This document shows positions 26,353-36,438 of a DNA stretch of 64,000 bases, piece after piece (the first letter of the stretch is position 1; each line of letters starts with the position of its first letter). The position numbers were made by a program, and so were the translations under genes. The notes beneath the pieces are model-generated. The model ran no database searches. It was not told where the DNA came from and saw nothing but the letters and a program-made list of their open reading frames with translations. The stretch is from Nitrospira sp. (GTDB lineage: Bacteria > Nitrospirota > Nitrospiria > Nitrospirales > Nitrospiraceae), in NCBI GenBank assembly GCA_029881435.1, contig JAOUMR010000005.1:7116-71115 (forward strand), written 5' to 3'.

Positions 26353-27058
26353 TTACTGGACCAGCTTCTTCAGGAGGCTGGCCAGGTCTTCTGCATGTTC
26401 TTCCTCTTGTGCCAGGATCCCTTCCAAGACTTTACGAGTCGTGGGATCATCTGTGCTAACATAGGCAACCATTTCGCGATAGCTGTCGATTGCGATCCGT
26501 TCGGCAACCAGATCTTCCGTGATCATCTCCACCAATGATTCTCCTTCGATATATTCTGAATGGCTTCGGCTCAGCATCCCTTCAGGAGAGAGCTTTGGCT
26601 CCCCCCCCAAGTTGGACGATGCGTTCGGCCAATTGATCAGCATGGGTCTGTTCCTCAATGACATGCTGGAGAAACTCGGCCTTCACGCCAAGAGAGTTGA
26701 TCCTGCTGGCCATGAAGTAATGGCGTTTGTAGCGGAGGATGCAGACTATTTCCGTGGCCAGGGCTTCATTCAGCAGCCTGATCACCGTCTCCACGTTGGC
26801 CTTGGAGCCCGCTGTCATGGCGCCGTCTTCAATCCCTTGCCGGGCCTGGGCCCGGAGCGACTTTACATCGGACAGACCAATGGCTTCTTTGATGATTCCT
26901 TTCTGTCGGGGAGCGCGAGACGCCGTTGTTCCAGATTGTGCCGGGATCGTTGTCGTTGCTTTCACCGTGTCCTCCCCCCGGGGAGTGTCCTCGTTTGTAT
27001 TATCTCGATCACGAATCGCCCAAGGCTTTCCGGTTATGCTCGGACGGATTCCCCCCAA
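26353..27058 (-). pseudogene. ferritin-like/bacterioferritin-family gene split by a +1 frameshift in a G8 (C8 on +) run
   Basis: ORF 26582..27058 ends ...HADQLAERIVQLGGGAKALS*. ORF 26353..26664 continues in another frame with ...LGGEPKLSPEGMLSRSHSEYIEGESLVEMITEDLVAERIAIDSYREM...EEEHAEDLASLL. Removing one C from 26601-26608 joins them into one ferritin-like protein. Confidence 0.75.
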
Positions 27059-27290
27059 GCCCGCTCGTACAGCTGCAGCCGCTTCTCCACTGACCTCCAG
27101 TCGATGTTCGCAAAGAATGCCTCAATATGTCATAGGTGCCGAAACTGTCTTCTGCAGCTTTCACAAAAGCAGAGCCGTGATCGGGATTCCTGGTTCCGCC
27201 GTGAGTCAAGTTCTCAAAGTAATATTCATGCAAGACCAGCCCGTTGTATTCAAAACCCAGCCGTCTGGTCAGCTCGGAATACGCCGCCAT
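27034..27290 (-). pseudogene. Fe/Mn superoxide-dismutase-like gene remnant (internal deletion plus frameshift)
   Basis: The frame of ORF 27009..27290 gives ...YNGLVLHEYYFENLTHGG...AAEDSFGTYD. This resembles the SOD segment around the second metal His and the FGS(F/Y)D motif. A different frame from 27129 to 27034 reads HIEAFFANIDWRSVEKRLQLYERA, like the SOD C-terminus (YxxAFWNVVNWxxV). The N-terminal HxxxHH helix and the central GSGW...DVWEHAYY part are absent. Confidence 0.45.
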
Positions 27291-27574
27291 TTCCTCCCGA
27301 TCGATCCGTCAAAAGACCACGTCATTTCTTTCTATGCTTCCACTATCGCCACGATAACCCGGCTTCTCCCTGCTGACATCAGAGCACGCGTGGAAATGCC
27401 ACCAGGTCCTGCTTCTCTTCTGCCGTCAACTGAAGCCCTACCGCCGCAAGATTGACGAACTCTACTATGACAAGCAGCATTGCAGGAGTCTGGTCATAAT
27501 TGCTCAGTACGCAAGACCCGAAGAGCGTATCGTTAACCGTAAGCTTGTTTTACATTTATCCCAAGGAGGCTCCA

Positions 27575-27937
27575 ATGGTATCCATTCCAAGAATCATCGG
27601 TGTTCTGTCGTGCAGCTTCTTCCTGTGCCTGGGTTTGTCGACCGTCGCGTCGTCCGCAGACAGCCTCAACACTGGGCAATTGGGCGGAAAGATATGGACC
27701 GTGTCTGATAAAGACAGCTTTGTAGCCGGCAAGGCGGTCAAGGGCGAAATCGTGAAGATCGATGGTGAGCACTATGTCGTCAGAGAGGCATCTGGGGCTG
27801 AGGTGCGCATGCATGTTGATGCCAGTACTGAAAAGAGATCAAAGATGACTCCGAAAGTGGGAGAACATGTTCTTGCAAAAGTGGATGCGAAAGGTCACGC
27901 AGTGTCGTTTCTGACCGACGCCTCTGTCGCCCACTGA
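27575..27937 (+). CDS. small secreted hypothetical protein
   Basis: ATG at 27575 with AAGGAGG at 27563-27569. A signal peptide is present (MVSIPRIIGVLSCSFFLCLGLSTVASSA). The mature part has two similar lysine-rich beta-like halves (GKAVKGEIVKIDGEHYVV / KVGEHVLAKVDAKGHAV). Confidence 0.6.
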   Translation: MVSIPRIIGVLSCSFFLCLGLSTVASSADSLNTGQLGGKIWTVSDKDSFVAGKAVKGEIVKIDGEHYVVREASGAEVRMHVDASTEKRSKMTPKVGEHVLAKVDAKGHAVSFLTDASVAH

Positions 27938-28238
27938 CGTTGTTCTGGCGTCAGCCAGGGCGATGAAGGGGATAGGAGCCAGTCATTGCTCGGCGGGAGT
28001 CGACAGCATGGTTCAGTTACGGACCATCTGCCGACTCCGACCAGCACTGTTCTGAGTCATATGAACACCGTCGGGGCTAGGCAGGTCGCGGGCTGAGACG
28101 TGCGTAGGTCCTGTCGCCTTGAGATACAGGAAGGCTTCGACAATCACATCGAGTTGCTTGCGATGCGCACTGAGGAGTCGCCAGGACTCGTTGTGGCGCT
28201 CGCCGTTAATCTTGATCACCTCGATGTCGAGTATTCCT

Positions 28239-29693
28239 TCATTGAGCTGTCTTCTTAGCCCCCGCCGCTCCTAAGACCGGGTTGTGCCAGACTCCGTCTG
28301 CTCGGATGAGCGCATCCGCCTCCTTCGGCCCCCAGGTGCCGCGTCGGTAGTGCCGGACCGGATGGTGAGTCTTCAGGGCTGGATCAACCACCGCCCAAGC
28401 GGCGTCCACTGAATCCTTATGCGCGAAGAGCGCGCCGTTGCCGGCCATGGCGTCACCCAAGAGCCGCTCGTAGGGCGTTTCCTTTTCCGGTTGCTCGTCG
28501 AGCAAGTAGAGTTCTCGCTGGTCGCCGATGAATTCCTTTCCCGCGCGCTTGACACGAGCGGCAAGGGCCACGGCGGAACTGGGGGAAAGCCGGAAGCGCA
28601 GATAGTTGGTCCGCCCGGTCACCGGCCTTGAATCGTCAAACAGCCGTTGAGGTGGGGGTTTGAGTTCCACCAGGACCTCGGCCGCTGTTGTCGCCAAGCA
28701 CTTGCCCGAGCGCACGTACCACGGCACCCCTTCCCAGCGCCACGAGTCGATAAACAGCCGCAGGGCGCAGAAGGTCTCCACGTCGGACCCTTTCGCCACT
28801 CCCGGCTCCTGTCGGTAACCGGCGTACTGGCCGCGCACCACGTCGTCCGGCTGCAGCGGACGCATGGCCTGAAACACCTTGGCCTTCTCGCTGTGCACGG
28901 CACCATAGCCCTGATAGGCCGGAGGTTCCATGGCCAGCAACGCCACGACTTGGAACAGGTGGTTCTGCACGACGTCGCGCAGGCATCCCACGGTTTCGTA
29001 AAACTTGCCGCGACCCATCACGCCGAAATCCTCAGCCAGCGTAATCTGGACACTGGCCACACAGTTGCGGTTCCAGATCGGCTCCAGGAAGGAATTGGCG
29101 AAGCGAAAATAGAGGATGTTCATGATCGCCTCTTTCCCAAGGTAGTGGTCGATGCGGAAGATCGACTCCTCCGGGAACACCAATTGTGCGATGTGGTTGA
29201 GCTCTCGCGCGGAGGCCAGATCGCGTCCGAACGGCTTTTCGACGATGACGCGTGCCCGGTCGGCCAAACCCGCCGCCCCAAGCCCTTGGATGACCGTCGC
29301 GAAGAGCGCGGGCGGGATGGCGAGGTAGTGCGCCGGGCGCTGAGCACAACCCAGCGACTTTTTTATCGCCGTGAAGGTGTCCCGGTCATTATAGTCGCCC
29401 TCTACATACCGGAACAGGGTGAGCAGATGCTGGAACGCGCGCTGGTGATCGATTCCACCCGCTTGTGTGATGCTCTCCCTCACATGTGTTTGCAACTGCG
29501 CCAGATTCCAATGAGAGGAGGCGACGCCGATCACCGGAACCCTCAAGGCGCCTCGTTTTGCCATTGCATAGAGCGCCGGAAAAATCTTCTTGTAGGTGAG
29601 ATCACCCGTCACACCGAAGAGCACGAGCGCGTCGGATCGTGCCGCGCCACCGTTGGTCTTGTTCAACTCAGCTTCCCCTCTTTTTCTACTCAT
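28239..29693 (-). CDS. zwf: glucose-6-phosphate 1-dehydrogenase
   Basis: 484 aa with the N-terminal dinucleotide motif [12 protein letters not shown] and the active-site motif RIDHYLGKE. Confidence 0.95.
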   Translation of the reverse strand: MSRKRGEAELNKTNGGAARSDALVLFGVTGDLTYKKIFPALYAMAKRGALRVPVIGVASSHWNLAQLQTHVRESITQAGGIDHQRAFQHLLTLFRYVEGDYNDRDTFTAIKKSLGCAQRPAHYLAIPPALFATVIQGLGAAGLADRARVIVEKPFGRDLASARELNHIAQLVFPEESIFRIDHYLGKEAIMNILYFRFANSFLEPIWNRNCVASVQITLAEDFGVMGRGKFYETVGCLRDVVQNHLFQVVALLAMEPPAYQGYGAVHSEKAKVFQAMRPLQPDDVVRGQYAGYRQEPGVAKGSDVETFCALRLFIDSWRWEGVPWYVRSGKCLATTAAEVLVELKPPPQRLFDDSRPVTGRTNYLRFRLSPSSAVALAARVKRAGKEFIGDQRELYLLDEQPEKETPYERLLGDAMAGNGALFAHKDSVDAAWAVVDPALKTHHPVRHYRRGTWGPKEADALIRADGVWHNPVLGAAGAKKTAQ

Positions 29694-29728
29694 GCTGGTC
29701 TACCTGCTTCCAGATCGCTGAAGGTTCC

Positions 29729-29742
29729 GGTATCTAGATACC
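29729..29742. promoter_or_regulatory. perfect 14-bp palindrome GGTATCTAGATACC upstream of zwf
   Basis: Read directly from the sequence. It lies 36-49 nt upstream of the zwf start codon (29693) and 79 nt downstream of the stop of the upstream gene (29821). Confidence 0.3.
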
Positions 29743-29820
29743 TACATCGGCCGTTCACAATTTACGTGAGGCATACCACAGGCTTTTCACCCTCGGCCAC
29801 CGCGCCAGTTCGTTTGCTCG

Positions 29821-30354
29821 TCACCGGGCATCACGCGTGGCCTGGCGGCGCTTTCCACGGGCGCTGAGATGCCCCTGAATCGCGCGCATCTTTGATTTCT
29901 GGAACTGCCGCGTGATGCGCGGCGCCTGTGCGGCTTCATTCGACGCCCGACCCTGCTGCGTCTTCCTGCGAACCGTGTCGCGTTGCGCGATCGGACCACG
30001 GAGACTCTTGGGGACCGGCGTCGCCGGCGGGCGAGGCCGGCGACGCGCCTCCCTTGTCAACTGCTCCAGGCGCTTCTCAAAACGATCGAGGGCGCCGGCG
30101 AAGACCTGCGCCTTGCGCTCGGTTCGCACGTTCAGGGCCGGCTGCAGCCGGCCCTGTTGCCGACTCGTCTTTGTCGTCCGCTGTTGCTGGCGGGCCAGCT
30201 CGCGATACTTATCCCAGAATCTTCTCACTCGCACGATCCGATTGTTCAGTTGTGCAAAGGTATACGCCCTGATCCGTGAGGGTGCACTCGATTCAATCAG
30301 CGCCAACTCCGTCGCAGTCAACAATGCTCGATCTTGGATTCGCAGTGAAGTCAT
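29821..30354 (-). CDS. highly basic hypothetical protein
   Basis: 177 aa, starting 3 nt after the nhaA stop. It has a helical N-terminus (LTATELALIESSAP...) and an Arg/Lys/Gln-rich tail ending ...MRAIQGHLSARGKRRQATRDAR. Several overlapping alternative-frame ORFs in this GC-rich stretch make the call less secure. Confidence 0.45.
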   Translation of the reverse strand: MTSLRIQDRALLTATELALIESSAPSRIRAYTFAQLNNRIVRVRRFWDKYRELARQQQRTTKTSRQQGRLQPALNVRTERKAQVFAGALDRFEKRLEQLTREARRRPRPPATPVPKSLRGPIAQRDTVRRKTQQGRASNEAAQAPRITRQFQKSKMRAIQGHLSARGKRRQATRDAR

Positions 30355-30357
30355 GGC

Positions 30358-31710
30358 TCAATCCTCCTTGTTGTTCTGAATGTATCTCAGCAAGAGCCAC
30401 CCGGTCAGCCCCGCGACCGTCGAGGCAATCAGAATACCTTCCTTGGCGGCCATCAACACGGGTCCACGGGGAAAGGCCAGCCCAGCGACGAAGAGCGACA
30501 TGGTGAATCCGACCCCCGCAAGCACACCGACGGCCACAAGTTGAGGCCACGACACACCCTCGGGCATCGTGGCGAGGCCCCCACGGATCGCGAGCCAGGC
30601 TGAGAGCACGATACCGACAGGTTTCCCCACGAGCAGGCCGAGCAGAATTCCCAGCGCCACCGGAGTGACCAGCATGGTGACGATGTCCGCGTCGAGCGTC
30701 ACGCCGGCGTTGGCGAGCGCGAACACTGGCATGACGACCACCGTCACCCATGGATGCAGGGCATATTCTAATTGCTGTAAAGGCGTCCCAACATGCGCGA
30801 CAGCGGTTTTCATACGGCGGGCAACCCGACTTTGTTCTGGGTTGGCTAACGGGGGTTGGTCTGGCGATGCGACCTCTTCGAACAGCGTGAGCAGCACCTT
30901 CCCTTTCTTGAGAAATTCGCGCCCGGTGAGTCGTGTCCGTGCTGGAATCGTCATGGCCGCGATCACGCCCGCGATGGTGGCATGCACACCCGACAGAAGA
31001 AAGGCCAGCCACAGCCCGCCGATCCCGAGGATCGAATACACGAGCGGGTGCCGCACTCCCACCATGTTTGCGCCAATCATCAAGATAAGGAACAGCGCAC
31101 CAACCGCCAGGCTCGTCCAGGAAATCGTCGAGGTGTAAAACAGCGCAATGACCAACACCGCCAGGAGATCGTCGGCGATAGCCAGTGCGGTCAAAAATAC
31201 TTTCAGGGCCAGCGGGACGCGTGTGCCGAGCAATGAGAGGATGCCCAGCGAGAAGGCGATGTCCGTCGCCATCGGGATGCCCCAGCCCTTAGCGCCATCC
31301 ATTCCCGCGTTGAGTACCGTATAGAGCAACGCCGGAAGAATTGATCCGCCCAACGCCGCGGCCAGAGGCAACGCAGCCTGTCGCCATGAGGCGAGTTCTC
31401 CGACCAGGATTTCCCGCTTGATTTCCAACCCGATGACGAAGAAGAACATGGCCATCAGGCCATCGTTGATCCATTCCAGCAAGGTTTCCGTCAACGTGTG
31501 AGACCCGACCACCAGACTGACAGGGGTGTGCCAGAACTCCGTATAGGATGCGGCCCATGGAGAATTGGCCCAGATCATCGCCGCGATCGTCGCACCCAGT
31601 AGCAGAATGCCGCCTGCCGTTTCGGCATGAATGAACTTTTGAAACGGCTCGACGACCGGTTGAACGAACCGTGAGTCCTGATCTTCTGCTTCCTGACTGA
31701 TATGTGTCAT
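30358..31710 (-). CDS. nhaA: Na+/H+ antiporter NhaA
   Basis: 450 aa. The typical NhaA N-terminus is present (PFQKFIHAETAGGILLLGATIAAMIWANSPW), along with the conserved ...LAIADDL... acidic pair region and about 12 TM helices. Confidence 0.9.
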   Translation of the reverse strand: MTHISQEAEDQDSRFVQPVVEPFQKFIHAETAGGILLLGATIAAMIWANSPWAASYTEFWHTPVSLVVGSHTLTETLLEWINDGLMAMFFFVIGLEIKREILVGELASWRQAALPLAAALGGSILPALLYTVLNAGMDGAKGWGIPMATDIAFSLGILSLLGTRVPLALKVFLTALAIADDLLAVLVIALFYTSTISWTSLAVGALFLILMIGANMVGVRHPLVYSILGIGGLWLAFLLSGVHATIAGVIAAMTIPARTRLTGREFLKKGKVLLTLFEEVASPDQPPLANPEQSRVARRMKTAVAHVGTPLQQLEYALHPWVTVVVMPVFALANAGVTLDADIVTMLVTPVALGILLGLLVGKPVGIVLSAWLAIRGGLATMPEGVSWPQLVAVGVLAGVGFTMSLFVAGLAFPRGPVLMAAKEGILIASTVAGLTGWLLLRYIQNNKED

Positions 31711-31731
31711 CTATTGATCCTTATGCCCTCT

Positions 31732-32400
31732 TCATTTCGACCCTCCGACTTGCCTCAGGAGCCGTCCCAAATTGACCCCGCTTGAAATCACCCCGATATG
31801 GCTGAAGTCCTGCGGATAGTTGCCGAGGAACGCCCCGGTCGAAGAATCGATTTCCTCAGGGAGCAACCCGAGCGTACCGGCTCTCGCGCAGAGGGAGTCG
31901 TACAGCTCCAGCGCCTCATCCAGCCGGCCTTGCTTGGCGAGATTATCCACGAGCCAGAAGCTGCAGAGCAGAAACGCGCCCTCATGCCCGGCGAGGCCAT
32001 CAGGCGATTTGTCCGGCAAGTAGCGATAGAGCAGGCCCTTCCCGGCGCCTAATTGTTCCGAGACTGCGCGGGTCGCCGCGATCATGTAGGGATGGTCGGC
32101 TTTTATGACTCGGCGCAGCGGCAGAGCCAGCAGACTCGCGTCCAACCCGCCTCCGCCCAAATGTTCCGTCAACGACTGTACCTTCTCGTCCCAGGCTTCT
32201 TTCAAAATCGCTTGCCTGATCTCATCTGCCGTGTGTCGCCAAGTCTCGGAAGGTCCCGGCAGTTCGAACCGCGCCACCATGCGAGCCGCTCGGTCCAGCG
32301 CCACATGACACATCGCGGCAGAATAGGTATTGAGCCTAGTGAGCCTAGGCGACATAAGATCAGTTGGGGAATTTACGTGCGGTGGCCTAGCTGAATTCAA
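31732..32400 (-). pseudogene. glycoside hydrolase family 15 (glucoamylase/trehalase-like) C-terminal fragment
   Basis: Only the last roughly 200 residues of a normally about 600-aa GH15 protein are present (...YSAAMCHVALDRAARM...LDASLLALPL...GAFLLCSFWLVDNLAKQGRLDEALELYD...GLLPEEIDSSTGAFLGNYPQDFSHIGVI). Weak further similarity (EPQPRRGDSGRIQRK compared with the GH15 ...PDxGIWExR block) lies upstream in another frame. Confidence 0.7.
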
Positions 32401-32487
32401 ACTGACCCACTTGCGTACTTTCTCTGGATCCGGCCGGAATCCCCTCTCCTGGGCTGAGGCTCCTCAGCATGGAAGAACGGGTTCAGC

Positions 32488-32712
32488 TCATGAAAGGTAC
32501 ATTCCGCATCCCAACGGCATGGCATTGTCCAAGACGATCAGGTCGTGTTTAAGGCGCTGCCCACGCCCAGTCACCCGCGCCACCCAGCCCATATTCCGGA
32601 TCAGAGGTATGTCGAGCTTGAGGGCGACGACGCCACATCCTGCCGCCAGCAGCAAGAACGCGGCCACTTCGTAGAAGACGCTGTTGAAGACAGGCATGAA
32701 ATTGTCCTTCAT
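32488..32712 (-). CDS. short membrane ORF, possibly the N-terminal relic of a CPA2/Kef-type antiporter
   Basis: MPVFNSVFYEVAAFLLLAAGCGVVALKLDIPLI resembles the first TM helix and the ...RLxxPxLVGY start of CPA2 proteins. The similarity is lost after about 35 residues. This is a weak call. Confidence 0.25.
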   Translation of the reverse strand: MKDNFMPVFNSVFYEVAAFLLLAAGCGVVALKLDIPLIRNMGWVARVTGRGQRLKHDLIVLDNAMPLGCGMYLS

Positions 32713-32784
32713 CTTCGACCACCGAAAACAGAGGCTTCTGTGCTTCCGACCTAAATCATACGCTATCGTCCGAGAATGCGGTTA

Positions 32785-35208
32785 TCACGAACGTCGCCGT
32801 TTGCCTTGCCCCTGTCCTGAGGTCCACCGCCATTCCCGAATCTCCGGCATATCTTCGCCATATTTGGCAATGTATTGTTTGTGCTCAAAGCGTTTGTCAC
32901 GAAGCGCCTGCTTGGCATAGTCTGCACGTGAACCGCGCAGTGGGATCCGGTCAATGACGTCAGCGACCAGATGAAAGCGATCGAGATCGTTCATCACCAC
33001 CATATCGAACGGGGTTGAGGTCGTCCCTTCTTCTTTGTACCCGCGCACGTGCAGGTTCTTGTGATTGGTCCGCCGGTAGGTCAGTCGGTGGATCAACCAC
33101 GGGTAGCCGTGAAACGCGAAGATGATCGGCTTGTCCGTCGTGAATAGCGCATCGAAGTCCTTGTCGGGCAATCCGTTCGGATGCTCATTGGGCGGTTGCA
33201 GCTTCATGAGATCTACGACGTTGACCACCCGCACTTTCACGTCCGGCAGATACTTCCGCAGTAAGGACACGGCCGCCAGCGTTTCCAGTGTGGGCACATC
33301 GCCGCAGCAGGCCATCACGACATCCGGCTCGCTCGTTCGGTCGTTACTCGCCCATTCCCAGATGCCGATGCCAGCGGCGCAGTGTTTGAGCGCATCATCC
33401 ATGTTCAGCCACTGGGGCGCCGGTTGTTTGCCCGCGACGATGACGTTCACGTGGTTGCGGCTGCGCAGACAATGGTCGGTGACGGACAAGAGGGTGTTGG
33501 CATCGGGCGGCAGATAGACCCGAATGACCTCGGCCTTCTTGTTGACCACGTGATCGATGAAACCGGGGTCCTGATGGCTGAACCCATTATGATCCTGTCG
33601 CCAGACATGAGAGGACAAGAGGTAATTCAGCGAAGCGATCGGTCGTCGCCATGGGATATGGTTGCAGACCTTGAGCCATTTGGCATGTTGATTGAACATC
33701 GAATCGATGATGTGAATGAAGGCCTCATAGCATGAGAAAAATCCATGTCGTCCGGTCAGGAGATATCCCTCCAGCCACCCCTGGCACTGGTGTTCACTCA
33801 GCATCTCCATCACCCCGCCGTCCGGCGCAAGATGGTCGTCGTACGAAAGGCGGTCCGCCATCCAAGCCCGGTTGGTAACTTCCAAGACGTCTTGCCAGCG
33901 ATTCGAGTTGTTTTCATCCGGACTGAAAAGCCGGAAATTCCGTTGCTCCATGTTGAGCTTCATCGTATCGCGCAAAAACGTCCCCATCACGCGAGTGGAT
34001 TCCGCTTCGAGAACGCCGGGCCCCGGAATCTTGACGGCATACTCCCGGAAATCAGGCAGACGTAGATCCTTGAGCAGGAGGCCGCCGTTTGCGTGGGGAT
34101 TCGCACTCATACGACGGTTTCCTCTTGGTGCCAGCTCCGCCAATTCAGGCTGAAGGGCTCCTGTCTTGTCGAACAACTCGTGGGGCTTGTAGCTCTTCAT
34201 CCATCGTTCGAGGATCTTGATATGTGCTGCGTTGTCCATGTCGCCCATTGGCACTTGATGAGACCGCCAGTAGTCTTCGGTCCGCTTGCCGTCGATCTGT
34301 GGTGGACAGGTCCAGCCTTTGGGCGTCCTGAGCACGATCATCGGCCAGAGCGGGCGTGCGCCGGAAGCCTTTTGGTGGGCATTGGCCTTGATCCGCTGGA
34401 TGTCCTCCAGCACTGCATCAAGGGTCATGGCCATGAGCTGGTGCATGGTGACCGGATCACTACCCTCGACGAAATGGGGGATATAACCATAGCCGCGCAT
34501 CAGGTGATCCAGCTCGTCGTGACTGATCCGGGCCAGCACGGTCGGATTCGCAATCTTGTAGCCGTTCAGATGGAGAATGGGCAGGACGACGCCGTCGGTG
34601 AGCGGATTGAGAAACTTATTGGAATGCCAGCTCGTAGCAAGCGGACCCGTTTCCGCTTCCCCGTCGCCGATAACGCAGGCCGCAATTAGATCCGGATTGT
34701 CGAAGACGGCCCCATAGGCATGTGAGAGCGCATACCCCAGTTCACCTCCTTCGTGAATGGAGCCCGGCGTCTCAGGCGCGACATGACTGGGAATACCGCC
34801 CGGAAAAGAAAATTGTTTGAAGAGCCGCTTCATTCCGCGCTCGTCCTGCGAGACGTTCGGATAGACTTCACTGTACGTACCTTCGAGGTAGGCATTGGCG
34901 ACAAGCCCTGGTCCCCCGTGGCCAGGCCCGGTGATATAGATCATGTTGAGGTCGTGTTCCGTAATGATACGGTTCAAATGGACATAGATGAAGTTCAAAC
35001 CCGGCGTCGTGCCCCAATGACCGAGGAGGCGTGGCTTGATATGAGCCCGTGTCAGCGGTTTCTTCAGCAATGGGTTGTCGTACAAATAGATCTGGCCGAC
35101 CGACAGATAATTGGCCGCTCGCCAATAGGCGCCCATTTTCTTCAGCTGCTCTGGATTCAATGTCTTCGGCTTGGTTCGTTGCATAGTCTCCTCGTTTTTC
35201 GTCGTCAC
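32785..35208 (-). CDS. xfp: xylulose-5-phosphate/fructose-6-phosphate phosphoketolase
   Basis: 807 aa with [44 protein letters not shown] and GDGEAETGP motifs. The start is GTG 35208 (4-nt GTGA overlap with the ackA stop) or ATG 35184. Confidence 0.95.
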   Translation of the reverse strand: MTTKNEETMQRTKPKTLNPEQLKKMGAYWRAANYLSVGQIYLYDNPLLKKPLTRAHIKPRLLGHWGTTPGLNFIYVHLNRIITEHDLNMIYITGPGHGGPGLVANAYLEGTYSEVYPNVSQDERGMKRLFKQFSFPGGIPSHVAPETPGSIHEGGELGYALSHAYGAVFDNPDLIAACVIGDGEAETGPLATSWHSNKFLNPLTDGVVLPILHLNGYKIANPTVLARISHDELDHLMRGYGYIPHFVEGSDPVTMHQLMAMTLDAVLEDIQRIKANAHQKASGARPLWPMIVLRTPKGWTCPPQIDGKRTEDYWRSHQVPMGDMDNAAHIKILERWMKSYKPHELFDKTGALQPELAELAPRGNRRMSANPHANGGLLLKDLRLPDFREYAVKIPGPGVLEAESTRVMGTFLRDTMKLNMEQRNFRLFSPDENNSNRWQDVLEVTNRAWMADRLSYDDHLAPDGGVMEMLSEHQCQGWLEGYLLTGRHGFFSCYEAFIHIIDSMFNQHAKWLKVCNHIPWRRPIASLNYLLSSHVWRQDHNGFSHQDPGFIDHVVNKKAEVIRVYLPPDANTLLSVTDHCLRSRNHVNVIVAGKQPAPQWLNMDDALKHCAAGIGIWEWASNDRTSEPDVVMACCGDVPTLETLAAVSLLRKYLPDVKVRVVNVVDLMKLQPPNEHPNGLPDKDFDALFTTDKPIIFAFHGYPWLIHRLTYRRTNHKNLHVRGYKEEGTTSTPFDMVVMNDLDRFHLVADVIDRIPLRGSRADYAKQALRDKRFEHKQYIAKYGEDMPEIREWRWTSGQGQGKRRRS

Positions 35209-36407
35209 AATTCGGCTCCGATCATCTCCATCACGGACCGGGCGATTTCACTTTCTTCATTCGTGTGAATGACCCGTACGGTCACGTTGCTGCTTTCCTT
35301 GGAAATTACGGCTTCACCGGCCTCGTTGCGCACAGAATCGATGACGATACCGAGAAATTCCAATCCTTCACAGATCCGCGCTCGTACGATCGGCGAGTGC
35401 TCTCCGATACCCGCACTGAATACCAGTGTATCCAACCCGCCCAAGGCCGCAGCCAACGAACCGATGTATCGTTTCACATGATAACAAAACAGCGCGACCG
35501 CTTCGGCTGCTCTCACATCGTTCCGTTCCTCCTTGAGGAGATCGCGCATATCGGAACTGGTCTCCGAGACCCCGAGCAGGCCCGATTCTGTGTTGACCAT
35601 CTTATGGAACTGCTCTGGGCTCATCCCTTCGGTACGTGCCAGATAGGAAATAAGTCCTGGGTCGAGATCGCCCGAGCGGCGGCTCATCGGCAGGCCGGAG
35701 GTCGGCGTAAAACCCATGGTCGTGTCGAGACTCTTTCCGTCCTTGATGGCGGCCATACTGGCTCCGTTTCCCAAGTGGGCCAGAATGACGCGACCGTCGG
35801 CCTCGTTCTTCTTTCCGACTCTCGCCAACTCTTTCATCAGGAAGGCATAGGACAATCCGTGAAACCCATACCGCTGCACACCCGACTTGTCAAAGCGTCT
35901 TGGGATCGACAGCAGGCGTGCCACCCGCGGCATGTCGCGGTGAAATGCCGTATCGAAACAGGCGAATTGAGGGAGCTTCGGGTCGCGCTTGCCGAAGGCT
36001 TCGATGAGCGCCAGCTCAGATGGCATATGCTCCGGATCATAGGGGCTGATTCGTCGCAACTCGGCTAACAATCCCGGAGTCACAGGTTCAGGTTGGCTGT
36101 ACGTCAGACCACCGTGGACGACCCGATGACCAATAGCGCGCAGATGCCTCATGTCGATTTGGCGTTCCAGCCAGCCGATCAAGACACCCACGCAGGCCAC
36201 TGGGTCAGATGCAGTAAGCCCACGACGTTCCAACTGGCCGCCCTCACGGTTCGTTATGATCAGTATGCTCTCCGGCAGCCCGATACGATCAATCATGCCG
36301 CGCAATAACGCAACCGGACGATTCGTCTCTTGGAACAAGGCAAACTTGAGGCTCGATGACCCGCCGTTGATTGTGAGAACGAAATCGTCAGCGTGTGGCA
36401 CGTTCAC
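35205..36407 (-). CDS. ackA: acetate kinase
   Basis: [16 protein letters not shown]-terminal motif and ...[11 protein letters not shown]...GFTP..GLPM. The likely start is GTG 36407 or 36401. The first roughly 44 codons of the long ORF (to 36539) overlap glgP and look non-coding. Confidence 0.9.
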   Translation of the reverse strand: MNVPHADDFVLTINGGSSSLKFALFQETNRPVALLRGMIDRIGLPESILIITNREGGQLERRGLTASDPVACVGVLIGWLERQIDMRHLRAIGHRVVHGGLTYSQPEPVTPGLLAELRRISPYDPEHMPSELALIEAFGKRDPKLPQFACFDTAFHRDMPRVARLLSIPRRFDKSGVQRYGFHGLSYAFLMKELARVGKKNEADGRVILAHLGNGASMAAIKDGKSLDTTMGFTPTSGLPMSRRSGDLDPGLISYLARTEGMSPEQFHKMVNTESGLLGVSETSSDMRDLLKEERNDVRAAEAVALFCYHVKRYIGSLAAALGGLDTLVFSAGIGEHSPIVRARICEGLEFLGIVIDSVRNEAGEAVISKESSNVTVRVIHTNEESEIARSVMEMIGAEL

Positions 36408-36438
36408 CGTATCCCTCGAGTCACGACATGAGCACCTA

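Noticed and set aside
26519-27455. 285-aa and 238-aa + strand ORFs (26519..27376, 26739..27455)
   Set aside because: They are antisense to the ferritin-like and SOD-like remnants. The translations are Ser/Arg/Pro-rich with no recognisable motifs.
27379-27480. 33-codon minus-strand ORF ending ...LQLTAEEKQDLVAFPRVL, resembling the C-terminal helix of class I cytochromes c
   Set aside because: Only about 15 residues of similarity and no CxxCH. That is too short to distinguish a gene relic from chance.
28013-28219. 68-aa minus-strand ORF just downstream of zwf
   Set aside because: GTG start without a convincing RBS, no recognisable family, and a poor C-terminal composition. I cannot support it as a gene.
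28647-29867. 406-aa + ORF
   Set aside because: Antisense shadow of zwf, whose motifs are unambiguous.
30293-31138. 239-aa (minus, other frame) and 189-aa (+) ORFs over nhaA
   Set aside because: Alternative-frame artefacts. The nhaA frame gives a complete 12-TM antiporter.
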